Assembly (NCBI GenBank): GCA_965116555.1
Contig: OZ220698.1
Span: 1,083,106-1,147,105 of the forward strand
Source: Dehalococcoidia bacterium
GTDB taxonomy: Bacteria > Chloroflexota > Dehalococcoidia > Lucifugimonadales > QGNO01
Direction of reading: 5' to 3'
Length of the DNA stretch: 64,000 nt
Notes under the pieces: generated by a model
The model's input: only the letters and a program-made list of their open reading frames with translations
Database searches by the model: none
Told to the model about the DNA's origin: nothing
In this document: positions 29,095 to 38,999 of the stretch, piece by piece
Layout: each line of letters opens with the position of its first letter
Numbering within the stretch: the stretch's first letter is position 1
Position numbers and translations under genes: made by a program

Positions 29095-30417
29095 ATGACA
29101 GACCTCAACACCATAGTATCCCTCGCCAAGCGACGCGGCTTCGTATTCCAGTCCAGCGAAATCTACGGCGGTCTCGCCTCCACCTACGATTACGGCCCAC
29201 TCGGCGTCGAAATGCGACGCAACATCAAGGACCACTGGTGGCGCACCTTCGTACACAAGCGCGCCGATATGGTCGGCCTCGACGCCGCCATCCTCATGGC
29301 GCCCCAGGTCTGGGACGCCTCCGGCCACACCTCCGCAGGATTCGCCGACCCTCTGGTGGAGTGCCCCGAATGCCGCAAGCGTTATCGCCCTGACCAAATC
29401 GACGACCCGTCTAAGTGTCCCGACGATGGCGTCACCCTCTCCGACCCCCGCATGTTCAACCTCATGCTCAAGACCTTCCTCGGCCCCGTGGAGGACAGCG
29501 CCTCGCAGACCTATCTCCGGCCGGAGACCGCGCAGGGCATCTTCGTCAACTTCCTCAACGTCCTCAACTCCACCCGCAAGAAGCTGCCCTTCGGCATCGC
29601 GCAGATAGGCAAGGCGTTCCGCAACGAGATTACCGTGGGCAACTTCATCTTCCGCACCCGTGAGTTCGAGCAGATGGAGATCGAGTACTTCGTCAAGCCG
29701 GGCGCCGAAGACGAGTGGCTCGACTCGTGGGTTCAAGCCTGCCTCAGCTGGTTCGTCGATTCGGGCATCTCTGAGGACAACCTCCGTGTCCGACAGCACG
29801 ACCCCGATGAGCTTGCCCACTACGCCAAGGCCACCTACGACATCGAGTACCGCTTCCCCTGGGGCTGGGGCGAAATCCAGGGTATAGCCAGCCGCACCGA
29901 CTACGACCTCAAGGCGCACTCGCAGGCCAGCGGCGTCGACCTCACCTACTTTGACGACGACGCCCAACAGCACTACCACCCCTACGTCATCGAGCCTTCC
30001 GCAGGCGTGGACCGACCCCTCCTCGCCTTCCTCTTTGACGCCTACAAGGAGGAGGAAGCGCCCACCGGCGGAGGTAAGATGGAAAAGCGAGTCGTCCTCA
30101 AGCTGCACCCCGTCATAGCACCCGTCAAAGTGGCCGTCCTGCCCCTCTCCCGCAACGAGAAGCTCGTGCCCAAAGCCAGAGAGGTCTTCGACATGGTCAA
30201 CGACCGCTTCGTGGCCCAGTACGACGACTCACAGAGCATCGGCCGCCGCTACCGCCGCCAGGACGAGATCGGCACCCCCCTCTGCGTCACCGTCGACTTC
30301 CAGACCGTGGAAGACGACAACGCCGTCACCATCCGTGACCGCGACACCATGGAACAAGTCCGCGTCCCCATCCCGGACCTCCTCCCCACCCTCACACAAC
30401 GCCTACCCATCCCGTAA
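29095..30417 (+). CDS. glyQS: Glycine--tRNA ligase (alpha2 homodimeric type)
   Basis: KRRGFVFQSSEIYGG, YLRPETAQGIF, FIFRTREFEQMEIE, SIGRRYRRQDEIGTP. Confidence 0.96.
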   Translation: MTDLNTIVSLAKRRGFVFQSSEIYGGLASTYDYGPLGVEMRRNIKDHWWRTFVHKRADMVGLDAAILMAPQVWDASGHTSAGFADPLVECPECRKRYRPDQIDDPSKCPDDGVTLSDPRMFNLMLKTFLGPVEDSASQTYLRPETAQGIFVNFLNVLNSTRKKLPFGIAQIGKAFRNEITVGNFIFRTREFEQMEIEYFVKPGAEDEWLDSWVQACLSWFVDSGISEDNLRVRQHDPDELAHYAKATYDIEYRFPWGWGEIQGIASRTDYDLKAHSQASGVDLTYFDDDAQQHYHPYVIEPSAGVDRPLLAFLFDAYKEEEAPTGGGKMEKRVVLKLHPVIAPVKVAVLPLSRNEKLVPKAREVFDMVNDRFVAQYDDSQSIGRRYRRQDEIGTPLCVTVDFQTVEDDNAVTIRDRDTMEQVRVPIPDLLPTLTQRLPIP

Positions 30418-30690
30418 CGGCGGTTCGAGAACCGCCATCCTATCCCGTCTTTCCCGTGCTACCCCTTCCGTCTTCCCGCGCAGGCGGGAACCCAGGGGTG
30501 GCGTGGCGGTGTCATTCTGAGCGCAGCGAAGAATCTTCTACCACAACAAACCAGGTCTTCCTACCCGCAAACTCCGTCCGTTGCCTGCCTGCCTGCTTGC
30601 CCGTATCCCGCTCCTCACCGTCATGCTGAGGAGTCGGTTGGCCTCCATCCGCACTAACACCACCTCCCGCCGACGAAGCATCCCACACTC
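30418..30690 (+). repeat. Palindromic repeat cluster
   Basis: Same unit families as the other clusters. Confidence 0.78.
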
Positions 30691-30742
30691 CACCTCTGGA
30701 TGCTTACAAATGGAACAGTTATAGCTATCTGCACATTACGGA

Positions 30743-31432
30743 CTAGGATATACCTAGGAAATGGACTTCCATCCAGAATCCATCATCGGGGGCGAGCGAC
30801 CAGGCAATATTGATGTAGGTGGGGTAGCCCAATGCGGAATGATAATTTACGTTCAGTGAATAGGCTGTGCCCAAAGCCCTTTGGACTAAGTGGAACAGGC
30901 CAGGGATGGTTCTGAGCACGCGCCTTCCTCGTGCTGCGGTTGCTTCCTCACCGGAGTCAAGGAAAGTTGACGATTCCATGACGCCATTCTTCACCACAAG
31001 GTAGATCGGCTTTGCGCTTTCCGGACATAGGCACCAAACCGTGTACAGTAGATTGTACATGTCTGAGCCCTCGGAGTCCCAGAGAGCCATGGCTGAGTTA
31101 AGTTCCGCCTTCGCCAAGGCAATATCGTATACAGATCCTGGTGTCTGGGATGGCCTGGTGCTTGCAGGTGCAGGTGTCGGTGTTGGTATCAGAGCCACAG
31201 CCGTAGCCGTAGCTCTTGCAGCTACAAGCTCGTGAAGTAGCTGGTCCTGAAGCCTCAGCGTAGGTATAGATGTGGGAGTTGCAGTAGGTAAAGGCGTAGG
31301 AGTAGTGGTAGGTGTTGGTGGAGGTATAGGTGTGAATGTGGGTGTAGGCGTGGACGAGGTACATGCTATCAATGCCGGTACTACGGTGATTGCTAGAAAA
31401 GCCAACAAAGTGTTGCGGTGCTGTACAACCAT
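30743..31432 (-). CDS. Lipoprotein with Pro/Thr stalk and DUF6174-like C-terminal domain
   Basis: LIAC lipobox, (PT)n, WCLCP, TIPGLF, YHSALGYPTYI; start uncertain. Confidence 0.68.
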   Translation of the reverse strand: MVVQHRNTLLAFLAITVVPALIACTSSTPTPTFTPIPPPTPTTTPTPLPTATPTSIPTLRLQDQLLHELVAARATATAVALIPTPTPAPASTRPSQTPGSVYDIALAKAELNSAMALWDSEGSDMYNLLYTVWCLCPESAKPIYLVVKNGVMESSTFLDSGEEATAARGRRVLRTIPGLFHLVQRALGTAYSLNVNYHSALGYPTYINIAWSLAPDDGFWMEVHFLGIS

Positions 31433-31746
31433 TGTAAAGACGCTACCTTGTATGGCAAAGGCTATCATGACTCTATCCATGGAGCTACTGCGGTGTGCCA
31501 AACACGTGAGAATAGGCTCGTCTGCGTACCAATCCTTTATTAGGGTCTGTTCCCATGCCTAAGCCCCCGCCATTGCATGTCGCCCTCCCCACGTTTGCCC
31601 CAACCCTTCTCTACCTGTTGTCCTTTCATTCATTCCTACACTCTATTTTACGTTTGTCTTTTTCCCTCGGATGTATCGTACGGCATGTCCACTTAACATT
31701 CCCGCTCATCCTGAGCCTGTCGAAGGGAGTGAGCGCCAAAACAACA

Positions 31747-31768
31747 ATTAGTGAACCAATGCACTAAT
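31747..31768. promoter_or_regulatory. Palindromic operator resembling a Rex (NADH/NAD+ sensor) site upstream of frdA
   Basis: ATTAGTG-aaccaatg-CACTAAT; core TAGTGAA-N4-TGCACTA vs consensus TTGTGAA-N4-TTCACAA; TAGAAT -10 just downstream. Confidence 0.55.
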
Positions 31769-31819
31769 CCACGTTTTATTGTAGAATGCCCTCTCGTACC
31801 CGTTACTTTCCTCTAACAC

Positions 31820-33538
31820 ATGGAAACCTTAGAACACGACATCCTGATCATCGGCGGCGGCGCAGCCGGCCTCAGAGCCGCCATTGAAGCGGCCCACACC
31901 GCCGATGCTGCCGGCAAGACCCTGGACATCGCCATCATATCCAAGGTCTACCCCGTCCGCAGTCACACCGTCTCCGCCGAAGGTGGCGCGGCAGGCGTCC
32001 TCCGCGACTACGATAGCCTTGAACTGCACGCCACCGACACCATCCGCGGCGCCGACTACCTCGCCGACCAGGACGCCGTCGAGCTATTCGTCCAGGAAGC
32101 CCCCAACGAGCTCATCCAGATGGAGCACTGGGGCTGTCCCTGGAGCCGCGACCCCGACGGCCACGTCGCCGTCCGCGCCTTCGGCGGCATGAGCGTCAAG
32201 CGCACCGTCTTCGCCTCCGATAAGACGGGCTTCCACATGCTGCACACCCTTTTCCAGACCTCCCTCAAGTACCCCTCCATCAAGCGTCACGACGAGTGGT
32301 TCGTCACCTCCATAATCGTCGACGATGGCAAAGCCAGGGGTGTCGTCGCCCTCGAGGTCAGCACCGGCAAGTTCCATCTCATCAAGGCCAAGTCCGTCAT
32401 CCTCACCGCCGGGGGAGGCGGTCGAGTCTTCGCCTTCACCACCAACGGCTCCATCTGCACCGGCGACGGCATGGCGCTGGCCTATCGCGCCGGCGCCCCG
32501 CTCAAGGACATGGAGTTCGTCCAGTTCCATCCCACCGGCCTACCCGATACCGGCATCCTCATCACGGAAGCCGCCCGCGGCGAAGGCGGATACCTCATCA
32601 ACGCCAGCGGCGAGCGTTTCTTGGAAAAGTACATCCCCAGCCGCATGGAGATGGGCCCCCGCGACATCATCTCCCGCGCCATCATCACCGAGCTGGAGCA
32701 GGGCCTCGGCTACGGCGAGCCCAAGGACGGCTACGTGCATCTGGACCTCCGCCACCTCGGCGAAAAGCACATCCATGAGCGTCTCCCCTTCATCCTGGAG
32801 CTTACCCGCACCTATGTCGGCATAGACCCCATCACCCAGCCCATACCCGTGCGGCCCGTGCTGCACTACATCATGGGAGGCGTCCACACCGATAACCACG
32901 GCCTCACCCCCATGGAAGGCCTCTACTCCGCCGGCGAAAACGCCTGCGTCACCATCAACGGCGCGAACCGGCTCGGCTCCAACTCCCTTACCGAATGCCT
33001 CGTATTCGGCGCAAGGGCCGGAGCCGCCGCCGCCACCTACGCGCTGGAGACCGACCACTCCGACGCCGACCTCTCCCCAGCCGCCGAGCGCGACGAACAG
33101 CGCATCCGCGATCACTTCCTCAGCGGCAACAGAGGCACGGAGAAGGTCGCCAACCTCCGCCGCGAGCTGCAGGACTCCATGGAGCAAGGCGCGGAGGTCT
33201 TCCGCACCAAGGAGGGCTTGCAGCAGTCCATGTCTGACATCGCCGACCTCCGTGAGCGCATCCAAAATCTCGACGTCCAGGACACCAGCGGCGTCTACAA
33301 CGTGGAGCTCATCGGCGCGCTGGAGCTTGATTTCATGCTGGACGTGGCCCAGACCATCGTCCACTCCGCCTACGCCCGGCAGGAGTCACGAGGCGCTCAC
33401 GTCCGCCGCGACTACCCTGACCGAAACGACAAAGAGTGGCTCGTCCACCAGTTGGCGCATCACACCGCAGACGGCCCCAAATTGGAGAACATCCCTGTTA
33501 CCATTACCAACTGGCAGCCTCAGGAGCGCAAGTACTAG
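31820..33538 (+). CDS. frdA: Fumarate reductase/succinate dehydrogenase flavoprotein subunit
   Basis: IIGGGAAG, RSHTVSAEGG (covalent FAD His), QFHPTG, GANRLGSNSL, ESRGAH. Confidence 0.93.
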   Translation: METLEHDILIIGGGAAGLRAAIEAAHTADAAGKTLDIAIISKVYPVRSHTVSAEGGAAGVLRDYDSLELHATDTIRGADYLADQDAVELFVQEAPNELIQMEHWGCPWSRDPDGHVAVRAFGGMSVKRTVFASDKTGFHMLHTLFQTSLKYPSIKRHDEWFVTSIIVDDGKARGVVALEVSTGKFHLIKAKSVILTAGGGGRVFAFTTNGSICTGDGMALAYRAGAPLKDMEFVQFHPTGLPDTGILITEAARGEGGYLINASGERFLEKYIPSRMEMGPRDIISRAIITELEQGLGYGEPKDGYVHLDLRHLGEKHIHERLPFILELTRTYVGIDPITQPIPVRPVLHYIMGGVHTDNHGLTPMEGLYSAGENACVTINGANRLGSNSLTECLVFGARAGAAAATYALETDHSDADLSPAAERDEQRIRDHFLSGNRGTEKVANLRRELQDSMEQGAEVFRTKEGLQQSMSDIADLRERIQNLDVQDTSGVYNVELIGALELDFMLDVAQTIVHSAYARQESRGAHVRRDYPDRNDKEWLVHQLAHHTADGPKLENIPVTITNWQPQERKY

Positions 33539-33564
33539 GATTAGCTGATACCCGGGAGCAAACC

Positions 33565-34311
33565 ATGGCACAGCGGCAACTCACAGTGAACGTAGAGCGA
33601 TACCACCCCGAACAGGGCGCCGCCGTCTATTTCGACTCCTACCAGGTCCCCGCCCGCGACGGCATGATGGTCCTCGACGCACTCAACTACATCCGCGACG
33701 ACCTCGACCCCACCCTTGCCTTCCGCTGGTCATGCCGCATGGGCATCTGCGGAAGCTGCGGCATGACCGTCGACGACCGCCCACGCCTCACCTGCCAGGA
33801 CAACCTGGCAGGCTACGGCAACGAGATCACCGTCGCACCCCTCGACGGCTTCCCCGTCATCCGTGACCTCGTCGTAGACATCGACGACTTCATGCAGAAC
33901 AAGCTCCCCTCCGTCAAGCCCTGGCTCATCCGCAAGGACACCAAGCCCCTCGCTGAAGGCGAGTACCTCCAGACGCCCAAGCAGATGGCCCCCTACGCCC
34001 AAAACTCCTCCTGCATCAACTGCATGCTCTGCTATGCCGCCTGCCCCGTCTACAACCTGGAGCCGCACTTCACCGGCCCCGCCGCCATCGCCCTGGCCCA
34101 GCGCTACAACCTCGACTCCCGCGACCAGGGCGCAGCCGAGCGCTACGCCATCCTTGCCCAGCCCGAAGGCGTCTGGGACTGCACCTTCATCGGTGAATGC
34201 TCCGTCGCCTGCCCCAAGGGCGTCTTCCCCGCCGAGGCCATCCAGCGCGCCAAGCCGCAAAGCGCCCAGAGCTGGGCCAAGTCCATCCTCATGCCCTGGA
34301 GCTCCCGATGA
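33565..34311 (+). CDS. frdB: Fumarate reductase/succinate dehydrogenase Fe-S subunit
   Basis: SCRMGICGSC, CINCMLCYAACP, CTFIGECSVACP. Confidence 0.93.
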   Translation: MAQRQLTVNVERYHPEQGAAVYFDSYQVPARDGMMVLDALNYIRDDLDPTLAFRWSCRMGICGSCGMTVDDRPRLTCQDNLAGYGNEITVAPLDGFPVIRDLVVDIDDFMQNKLPSVKPWLIRKDTKPLAEGEYLQTPKQMAPYAQNSSCINCMLCYAACPVYNLEPHFTGPAAIALAQRYNLDSRDQGAAERYAILAQPEGVWDCTFIGECSVACPKGVFPAEAIQRAKPQSAQSWAKSILMPWSSR

Positions 34312-34706
34312 ACGCCGCCGGCAGCCGGTACAAGCGACCCATGACTCGCACCTGGTGGCTGCGAAACCCGCGCTACACCCTTTTCATGGTCCGCGAGCTT
34401 ACCGCCATCCTCATTCTGGCCTTTGTCATCCTCTACCTGGCGCAGCTTGTCCGGCTTGGTTCCGGCCAGGCCTCCTACGATGCGTTCCTGGAACTCATGG
34501 AATCGCCCCTTTGGATAGCCCTTCACCTCATCTTCCTTCTCGGCGCGATCCTCCACTCCGTAACCTGGGTCCTCATGCTTGTGCCCAGGGCCATGCCAGA
34601 GTTCGTCTTGGGCATCCGTGTCCCGCAGGTCGCCATAGCCGCCGGCGGATTGGCCGCCTGGATCGTCGTCTCCGTCATCATCGTTCTAGCCTTCCGAGGC
34701 TTGTAG
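34308..34706 (+). CDS. frdC: Fumarate reductase membrane anchor subunit C
   Basis: YKRPMTRTWW...YTLFMVRELT, LHSVTW; ATGA overlap with frdB. Confidence 0.85.
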   Translation: MNAAGSRYKRPMTRTWWLRNPRYTLFMVRELTAILILAFVILYLAQLVRLGSGQASYDAFLELMESPLWIALHLIFLLGAILHSVTWVLMLVPRAMPEFVLGIRVPQVAIAAGGLAAWIVVSVIIVLAFRGL

Positions 34707-34721
34707 TGGTGGGAATAATCT

Positions 34722-35066
34722 ATGCATAAACTGGAACCTATGTGGTGGGCGCTCTTCAGCGTCGGCGGCACCATCGCCGCCTTCGCACTGCCCGCCCTTA
34801 TCTTCGTCAACAACGTCGCCGGCCCCCTCGGATGGCTGCCCGACGCCATAGCCTACGACAACGTCCTCTCCCTGTTTAGCAATCCCATCTCCAAGCTGCT
34901 CCTCATCGCCCTGCTGACCACCACCCTCTTCCACGTCGCCCATCGCATCGCCACCCTCCCCGCCGACTTCAAACTCCCCGTACCCAAGACCCTCGCCTCC
35001 GCCGTCAGCCACCTCAGCGCACTCGCCCTCTCCGTCCTCACCATCATCCTCGTCCTCCCCCTATAA
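34722..35066 (+). CDS. frdD: Fumarate reductase membrane anchor subunit D
   Basis: EPMWWALFSVGG, FHVAHRI. Confidence 0.85.
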   Translation: MHKLEPMWWALFSVGGTIAAFALPALIFVNNVAGPLGWLPDAIAYDNVLSLFSNPISKLLLIALLTTTLFHVAHRIATLPADFKLPVPKTLASAVSHLSALALSVLTIILVLPL

Positions 35067-35083
35067 CCCCCCTACCCTGCATT

Positions 35084-35200
35084 TGTAGGGGCGGTTCGCG
35101 AACCGCCCTCCTCTACCGTCATTGCGAGCGCAGCGTGGTAATCTGGCGGCGCGGGGCAGAGCCAACCCTCTTGCCCTCTTGCCCGTCTGCCCTCTTGCCC
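35084..35200 (+). repeat. Palindromic repeats plus an 8-nt tandem (TCTTGCCC)n
   Basis: GTAGGGGCGGTTCGCGAACCGCCC, GTCATTGCGAGCG unit, four TCTTGCCC-like units. Confidence 0.75.
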
Positions 35201-35225
35201 GTCCTTCTGATAACATACCCGCACA

Positions 35226-35927
35226 ATGACAAACCTCATGCGCTTAACCGAAAAGCAGCTCGGCGGCTGGTCCCTGCTCCTTGGCACCGCCGCAGTCGCC
35301 GTCGGCTACGCCCTCTCCCCGGGCCGAGGCGTCATCGACACCGTGCCCAGCACCGAACTCAATGAGCTCACCCAGGCCATGGCCCGCAACGAGATTCTGT
35401 CCTACACCGTCCCCATCGTCATCATCTGCGGCGCTCTCCTCATGCTCAACGGCCTCCTTACCCTGCGACGATACGCAGGCCCCGTGCCCAGGCTCGGCCT
35501 TATGGCCATGGCCCTAGCCCTCGTCCTCCAGATGGTCATGCGAGGCCTCGACTACATGATCACCGGCATGGGAGTGGCCGCCCTGGAGACCAGCGACACC
35601 GTGAAATCGCAGAAATGGCTCCAATCCGCGCTGCAGATGCTGCGGATGGCATGGGGATTGCACTTCACCTCCGGCGTCGCCGGCTACGTCGGACTCGCCG
35701 TCATGGCGCTTGGCCTCGCCTTCCGGCCTGAGCCCGTGCGACTACCCCCCGTCCTGAACGGCATCGTCGCCCTCCTCTCCGTAGCCTCGCTGGTCGTCTT
35801 CATCACCGCATGGCACTCCAACCGGTTGGAGCTGGCCTTCGCACCCGTCTTTGCCGCAATGTCCGTATCCGGATTCGTCTACATGGTCCTACTCGGCTGG
35901 GGCTTGACATCATCCAAAGACACCTAG
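35226..35927 (+). CDS. Hypothetical multi-pass membrane protein
   Basis: 233-aa ORF with about 6 hydrophobic segments and host-like codon usage. Confidence 0.7.
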   Translation: MTNLMRLTEKQLGGWSLLLGTAAVAVGYALSPGRGVIDTVPSTELNELTQAMARNEILSYTVPIVIICGALLMLNGLLTLRRYAGPVPRLGLMAMALALVLQMVMRGLDYMITGMGVAALETSDTVKSQKWLQSALQMLRMAWGLHFTSGVAGYVGLAVMALGLAFRPEPVRLPPVLNGIVALLSVASLVVFITAWHSNRLELAFAPVFAAMSVSGFVYMVLLGWGLTSSKDT

Positions 35928-35937
35928 CCCACCCACA

Positions 35938-36420
35938 CCCCGCTCACTCCCTCTTCCGTCATTGCGAGCGTAGCGTAGCAATCTGGTGGCGGCGCGGGGC
36001 GAGTAACCCTGAGCGCAGCCGAAGGGTCATTGCAAAACCTCTCCCCCCTTGACGGGGGAAGATTGAGATGGGGGTGAACCGTCTTTCCCACAAACCACCG
36101 TCGTTCCCGCGCCCCCTTCCGTCGTTCCCGTGCAGACGGGAACCTAGGGGTGGCGGATGGGAGTACCCTGAGCGTAGCCGAAGGGTCATGCTGAGGAGTC
36201 GGTTGCACAACGCCCTGACTAGAACCACCCCCGCCGACGAAGCATCCCCCACCCCGCTCATCCTGAGCTTAGAGTTTATCCTGAGCACCGCCGAAGGGAA
36301 GGACAATGAGCGGGCACCCAGGGGCGGCGGATGGGAGTTTACCCTGAGCGTAGCCGAAGGGTCATAGCAAAACCTCTTCCCCCTTGACGGGGGAAGATTG
36401 AGATGGGGGTGAACCCTGCC
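35938..36420 (+). repeat. Large cluster of nested palindromic repeats
   Basis: About nine consecutive units, including three CCCTGAGCGYAGCCGAAGGG and two CTC.CCCCCTTGACGGGGGAAGA units. Confidence 0.85.
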
Positions 36421-36465
36421 CTCTAACCCACCCCCACCAAAACCGACTCCATAACCCGACAAAAG

Positions 36466-36520
36466 GGTCCTCTCACCCCGCCAAAGGTCCGATACAATCC
36501 CGGAAACTTGTATCGGACCT
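36466..36520 (+). promoter_or_regulatory. Perfect 13-bp inverted repeat with GGWCC sites just upstream of the methyltransferase
   Basis: AGGTCCGATACAA-10 nt-TTGTATCGGACCT at 36485-36520; a third GGTCC at 36466; TACAAT -10-like box overlaps the left arm. Confidence 0.7.
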
Positions 36521-36523
36521 TCC

Positions 36524-37714
36524 ATGGCAACCATATACAAAGTCGACCAATTCAAACTGCTGCCCTTCACTGATTTTGCCTCGGTAGACCCACAAACCCG
36601 AGTTGAAGACCTTAACCTGAATTGGAAAGAGCGCGACCTTCCTGAGAAAGAAAGAACCAAGCACGTCCACCGCCTACACCCCTACTTGGGCAAATTCGTT
36701 CCCCAGCTCGTTGAGATTTTCCTCCGCAAGTATCAGCCACAGATGGTTGTAGATCCCTTCTGTGGATCAGGCACAACGCTTGTAGAGGCCCTATCACTTG
36801 GCATCGACAGTTTTGGCGCTGATATCTCTGAGTTCAATTGCCTGCTTAGCGGTGTAAAGACAGCGGAATATGATCTTGACCAGCTCGAAACTGAGATCAA
36901 AGGCATCCTTGAGGAATCCACCAGGCATATACCGGAACAAGACCGGCTCCGTCTCTTTGAACGCCAAATGCCTTACTTTGAAAACAGCTATCTGCAAGAC
37001 TGGTTTGCCTCCCAAGCACTGTTTGAGTTGCTTGCTTATCGCGACCGGATATCCAACTACACGAATCAGGATGTCCTAAAGATAATACTTTCACGCGCCG
37101 CTCGCTCAGCTCGCCAAAATACTCACTTTGACCTTGATTTCCCTAAAGTTCCCCAAAAGGAGCCGTATTACTGTTACAAGCACAGCCGTATGTGCAAACC
37201 TACGCAGTCGGCTAAGCAATTCCTTGTCAGATACAGCAACGATACCATCAAGCGGATACGACAGTTCGCTGACGTCCGAAAGTCCGCAAGTGTTGATGTG
37301 ACCCGCGGTGACTCACGGTACATAGATTTCCCAGAGTGCGATCTAGTTTTGACTTCGCCACCATACGTCGGCCTTATTGATTATCACCAGCAACATCGCT
37401 ATGCGTATGAACTATTGGGTTTGGAGATGAACGTCGAAGATGAGATTGGCTCAGCGGCTCTAGGCAGTTCACGAAGAGCACAACAAGCGTATCTTGATCA
37501 GATCGGCGAAGTCTTTGCCAATGTTAAAAGGTCCCTTACCAGGAACGCTCGCTTGGTTGTTATCGTGCATGACCGGAAGAATCTGTATCCACAACTAGCA
37601 GAACGCCTTGGCTTCAAAGTTGAGGCCGAGATACACAGGCACGTGGACCGGCGTACCGGTCGTCGTGCCAGCGACTTCTTTGAAAGCGTTTTTGTCTGGA
37701 AGCCTAACCGATGA
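36524..37714 (+). CDS. DNA amino-methyltransferase (probably N4-cytosine) of a type II R-M system
   Basis: HRLHPYLGKF, DPFCGSGTT (motif I), TSPPY (motif IV). Confidence 0.88.
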   Translation: MATIYKVDQFKLLPFTDFASVDPQTRVEDLNLNWKERDLPEKERTKHVHRLHPYLGKFVPQLVEIFLRKYQPQMVVDPFCGSGTTLVEALSLGIDSFGADISEFNCLLSGVKTAEYDLDQLETEIKGILEESTRHIPEQDRLRLFERQMPYFENSYLQDWFASQALFELLAYRDRISNYTNQDVLKIILSRAARSARQNTHFDLDFPKVPQKEPYYCYKHSRMCKPTQSAKQFLVRYSNDTIKRIRQFADVRKSASVDVTRGDSRYIDFPECDLVLTSPPYVGLIDYHQQHRYAYELLGLEMNVEDEIGSAALGSSRRAQQAYLDQIGEVFANVKRSLTRNARLVVIVHDRKNLYPQLAERLGFKVEAEIHRHVDRRTGRRASDFFESVFVWKPNR

Positions 37715-38481
37715 AACCAACCACTCGGAATGAAGTATCTAAAATTCTGCGCGACTTTGCTGTTGGGCAACTACCAAAGCTTACCAAGTGGACAATAGCT
37801 GAGTTGCGAATGGCGTACCCATTCCACAGGTTGTTCTTTCCAGACGAGGCCGTCTTGGCAGCTAGAGTAGAAAGAAGCGTTGTGACAATAATGGGCAACT
37901 CCCTATACCCATCACTAGCCAGGGCTGTAGCCCTTGATCGCTTCAATAGCGTCTACGTCGAACACTTGATTGAGGGCAATGTAAATGATGCTGCTTGCAA
38001 CATGATAGAGCAGATCGTTACAGAATTAAGGACTCCTCCCCGCAGAAGAACAGTTGAACGAAAGCCTATCCACGAACAAGAGGTTAAGGAAATCCTAGAT
38101 TCGCGTGGTGGAGGTAGTAGCTTGAGAGCCGTAACGGCTGATCTGTACATAGAAGATTTTACAGACGGCCCGTTGTTTATTGAACTCAAGAGCCCATTGC
38201 CCAATTTGGATGTTGCTGCCGAATCCAAGAGAAAAATCCTTTACTACCTTGCAATTAAGGAACGATCGGGTGTTGCAGACGCGAAGGCTTACTTAGGCCT
38301 CACTTACAATCCATTCATTACTAGAAAGAATTACGGTCACAGCTACACAAAGCAAATCATGGACATGGACAATCAAGTACTGATTGGTCAAGAACTATGG
38401 GATTACATTGGCGGTCCAGGAACGTATAACGAAATCTTGAACGCCATTGATGATGTACGACAGTCAATTCAGCTCCCCTAA
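37711..38481 (+). CDS. Type II restriction endonuclease, TdeIII/MjaII-like family
   Basis: PFH...ERSVVTIMG, ADLYI...FIELKSPLPN (PD-(D/E)xK), YNPF, ELWDYIGG..TY; ATGA coupling to the MTase. Confidence 0.78.
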   Translation: MKPTTRNEVSKILRDFAVGQLPKLTKWTIAELRMAYPFHRLFFPDEAVLAARVERSVVTIMGNSLYPSLARAVALDRFNSVYVEHLIEGNVNDAACNMIEQIVTELRTPPRRRTVERKPIHEQEVKEILDSRGGGSSLRAVTADLYIEDFTDGPLFIELKSPLPNLDVAAESKRKILYYLAIKERSGVADAKAYLGLTYNPFITRKNYGHSYTKQIMDMDNQVLIGQELWDYIGGPGTYNEILNAIDDVRQSIQLP

Positions 38482-38540
38482 CCCCTGCCACTTGCAAATC
38501 TGGGGAATTATCCCTTTATGTACCAAAGCAACCGAATCAA

Positions 38541-38771
38541 CTATGTGTGGGTACTCACCCTATTAAGCCTTCGACCTTGACCACGTAAGCAAACTTGGCA
38601 AGTGAACGCAAGCCGCCCAATTGTGTTCTCCACGTCCTCACGAGACGCAGCAAGGTACAAGTGTTCATCGTCCCAATTGTCCCTTACCAAGTAACAGCTT
38701 GGGGCGTGAATCATCACATTTATGTTGTGTTGTGGGTTGCGTGCCTACCAGTTGTTAACTGCTACTGTCAT
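38541..38771 (-). pseudogene. Small His/Cys (putative Zn-binding) ORF with an early in-frame TAG, or a 57-aa gene starting at 38714
   Basis: MTVAVNNW*ARNPQHNINVMIHAPSC...FTCQVC. Confidence 0.35.
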
Positions 38772-38999
38772 TTTGATTCTAGTCAGGAGGTTTACCAGTG
38801 GTACACATCTTTTTTTGGAAACTTACCTCTGCTAGCTCTCCTAGTGAAGTAAGCGTCCACTCAATCGTTACAACTCCTTTCTTCTAGCTTCTGGACTAAC
38901 ATAAATCCTCCGTTATATTTACGTTGTACGTGACAAATCTAAGTTGATTGCTGTGGTATGCTGAGTACATATTCTCTCCTTATTAGGGGGTCGGTTGTA

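Noticed and set aside
35938-36420. Possible CRISPR array in the repeat clusters
   Set aside because: Units belong to several families, spacing is irregular, there are no unique constant-length spacers, and no cas genes are present.
35959-36660. ORFs made of repeat translations (e.g. HPHLNLPPSRGKR, CHSERSEES); also the N-terminal extensions at 15499, 22553, 40300 and 55107
   Set aside because: These are translations of intergenic repeats. Better starts with RBS or family homology lie downstream.
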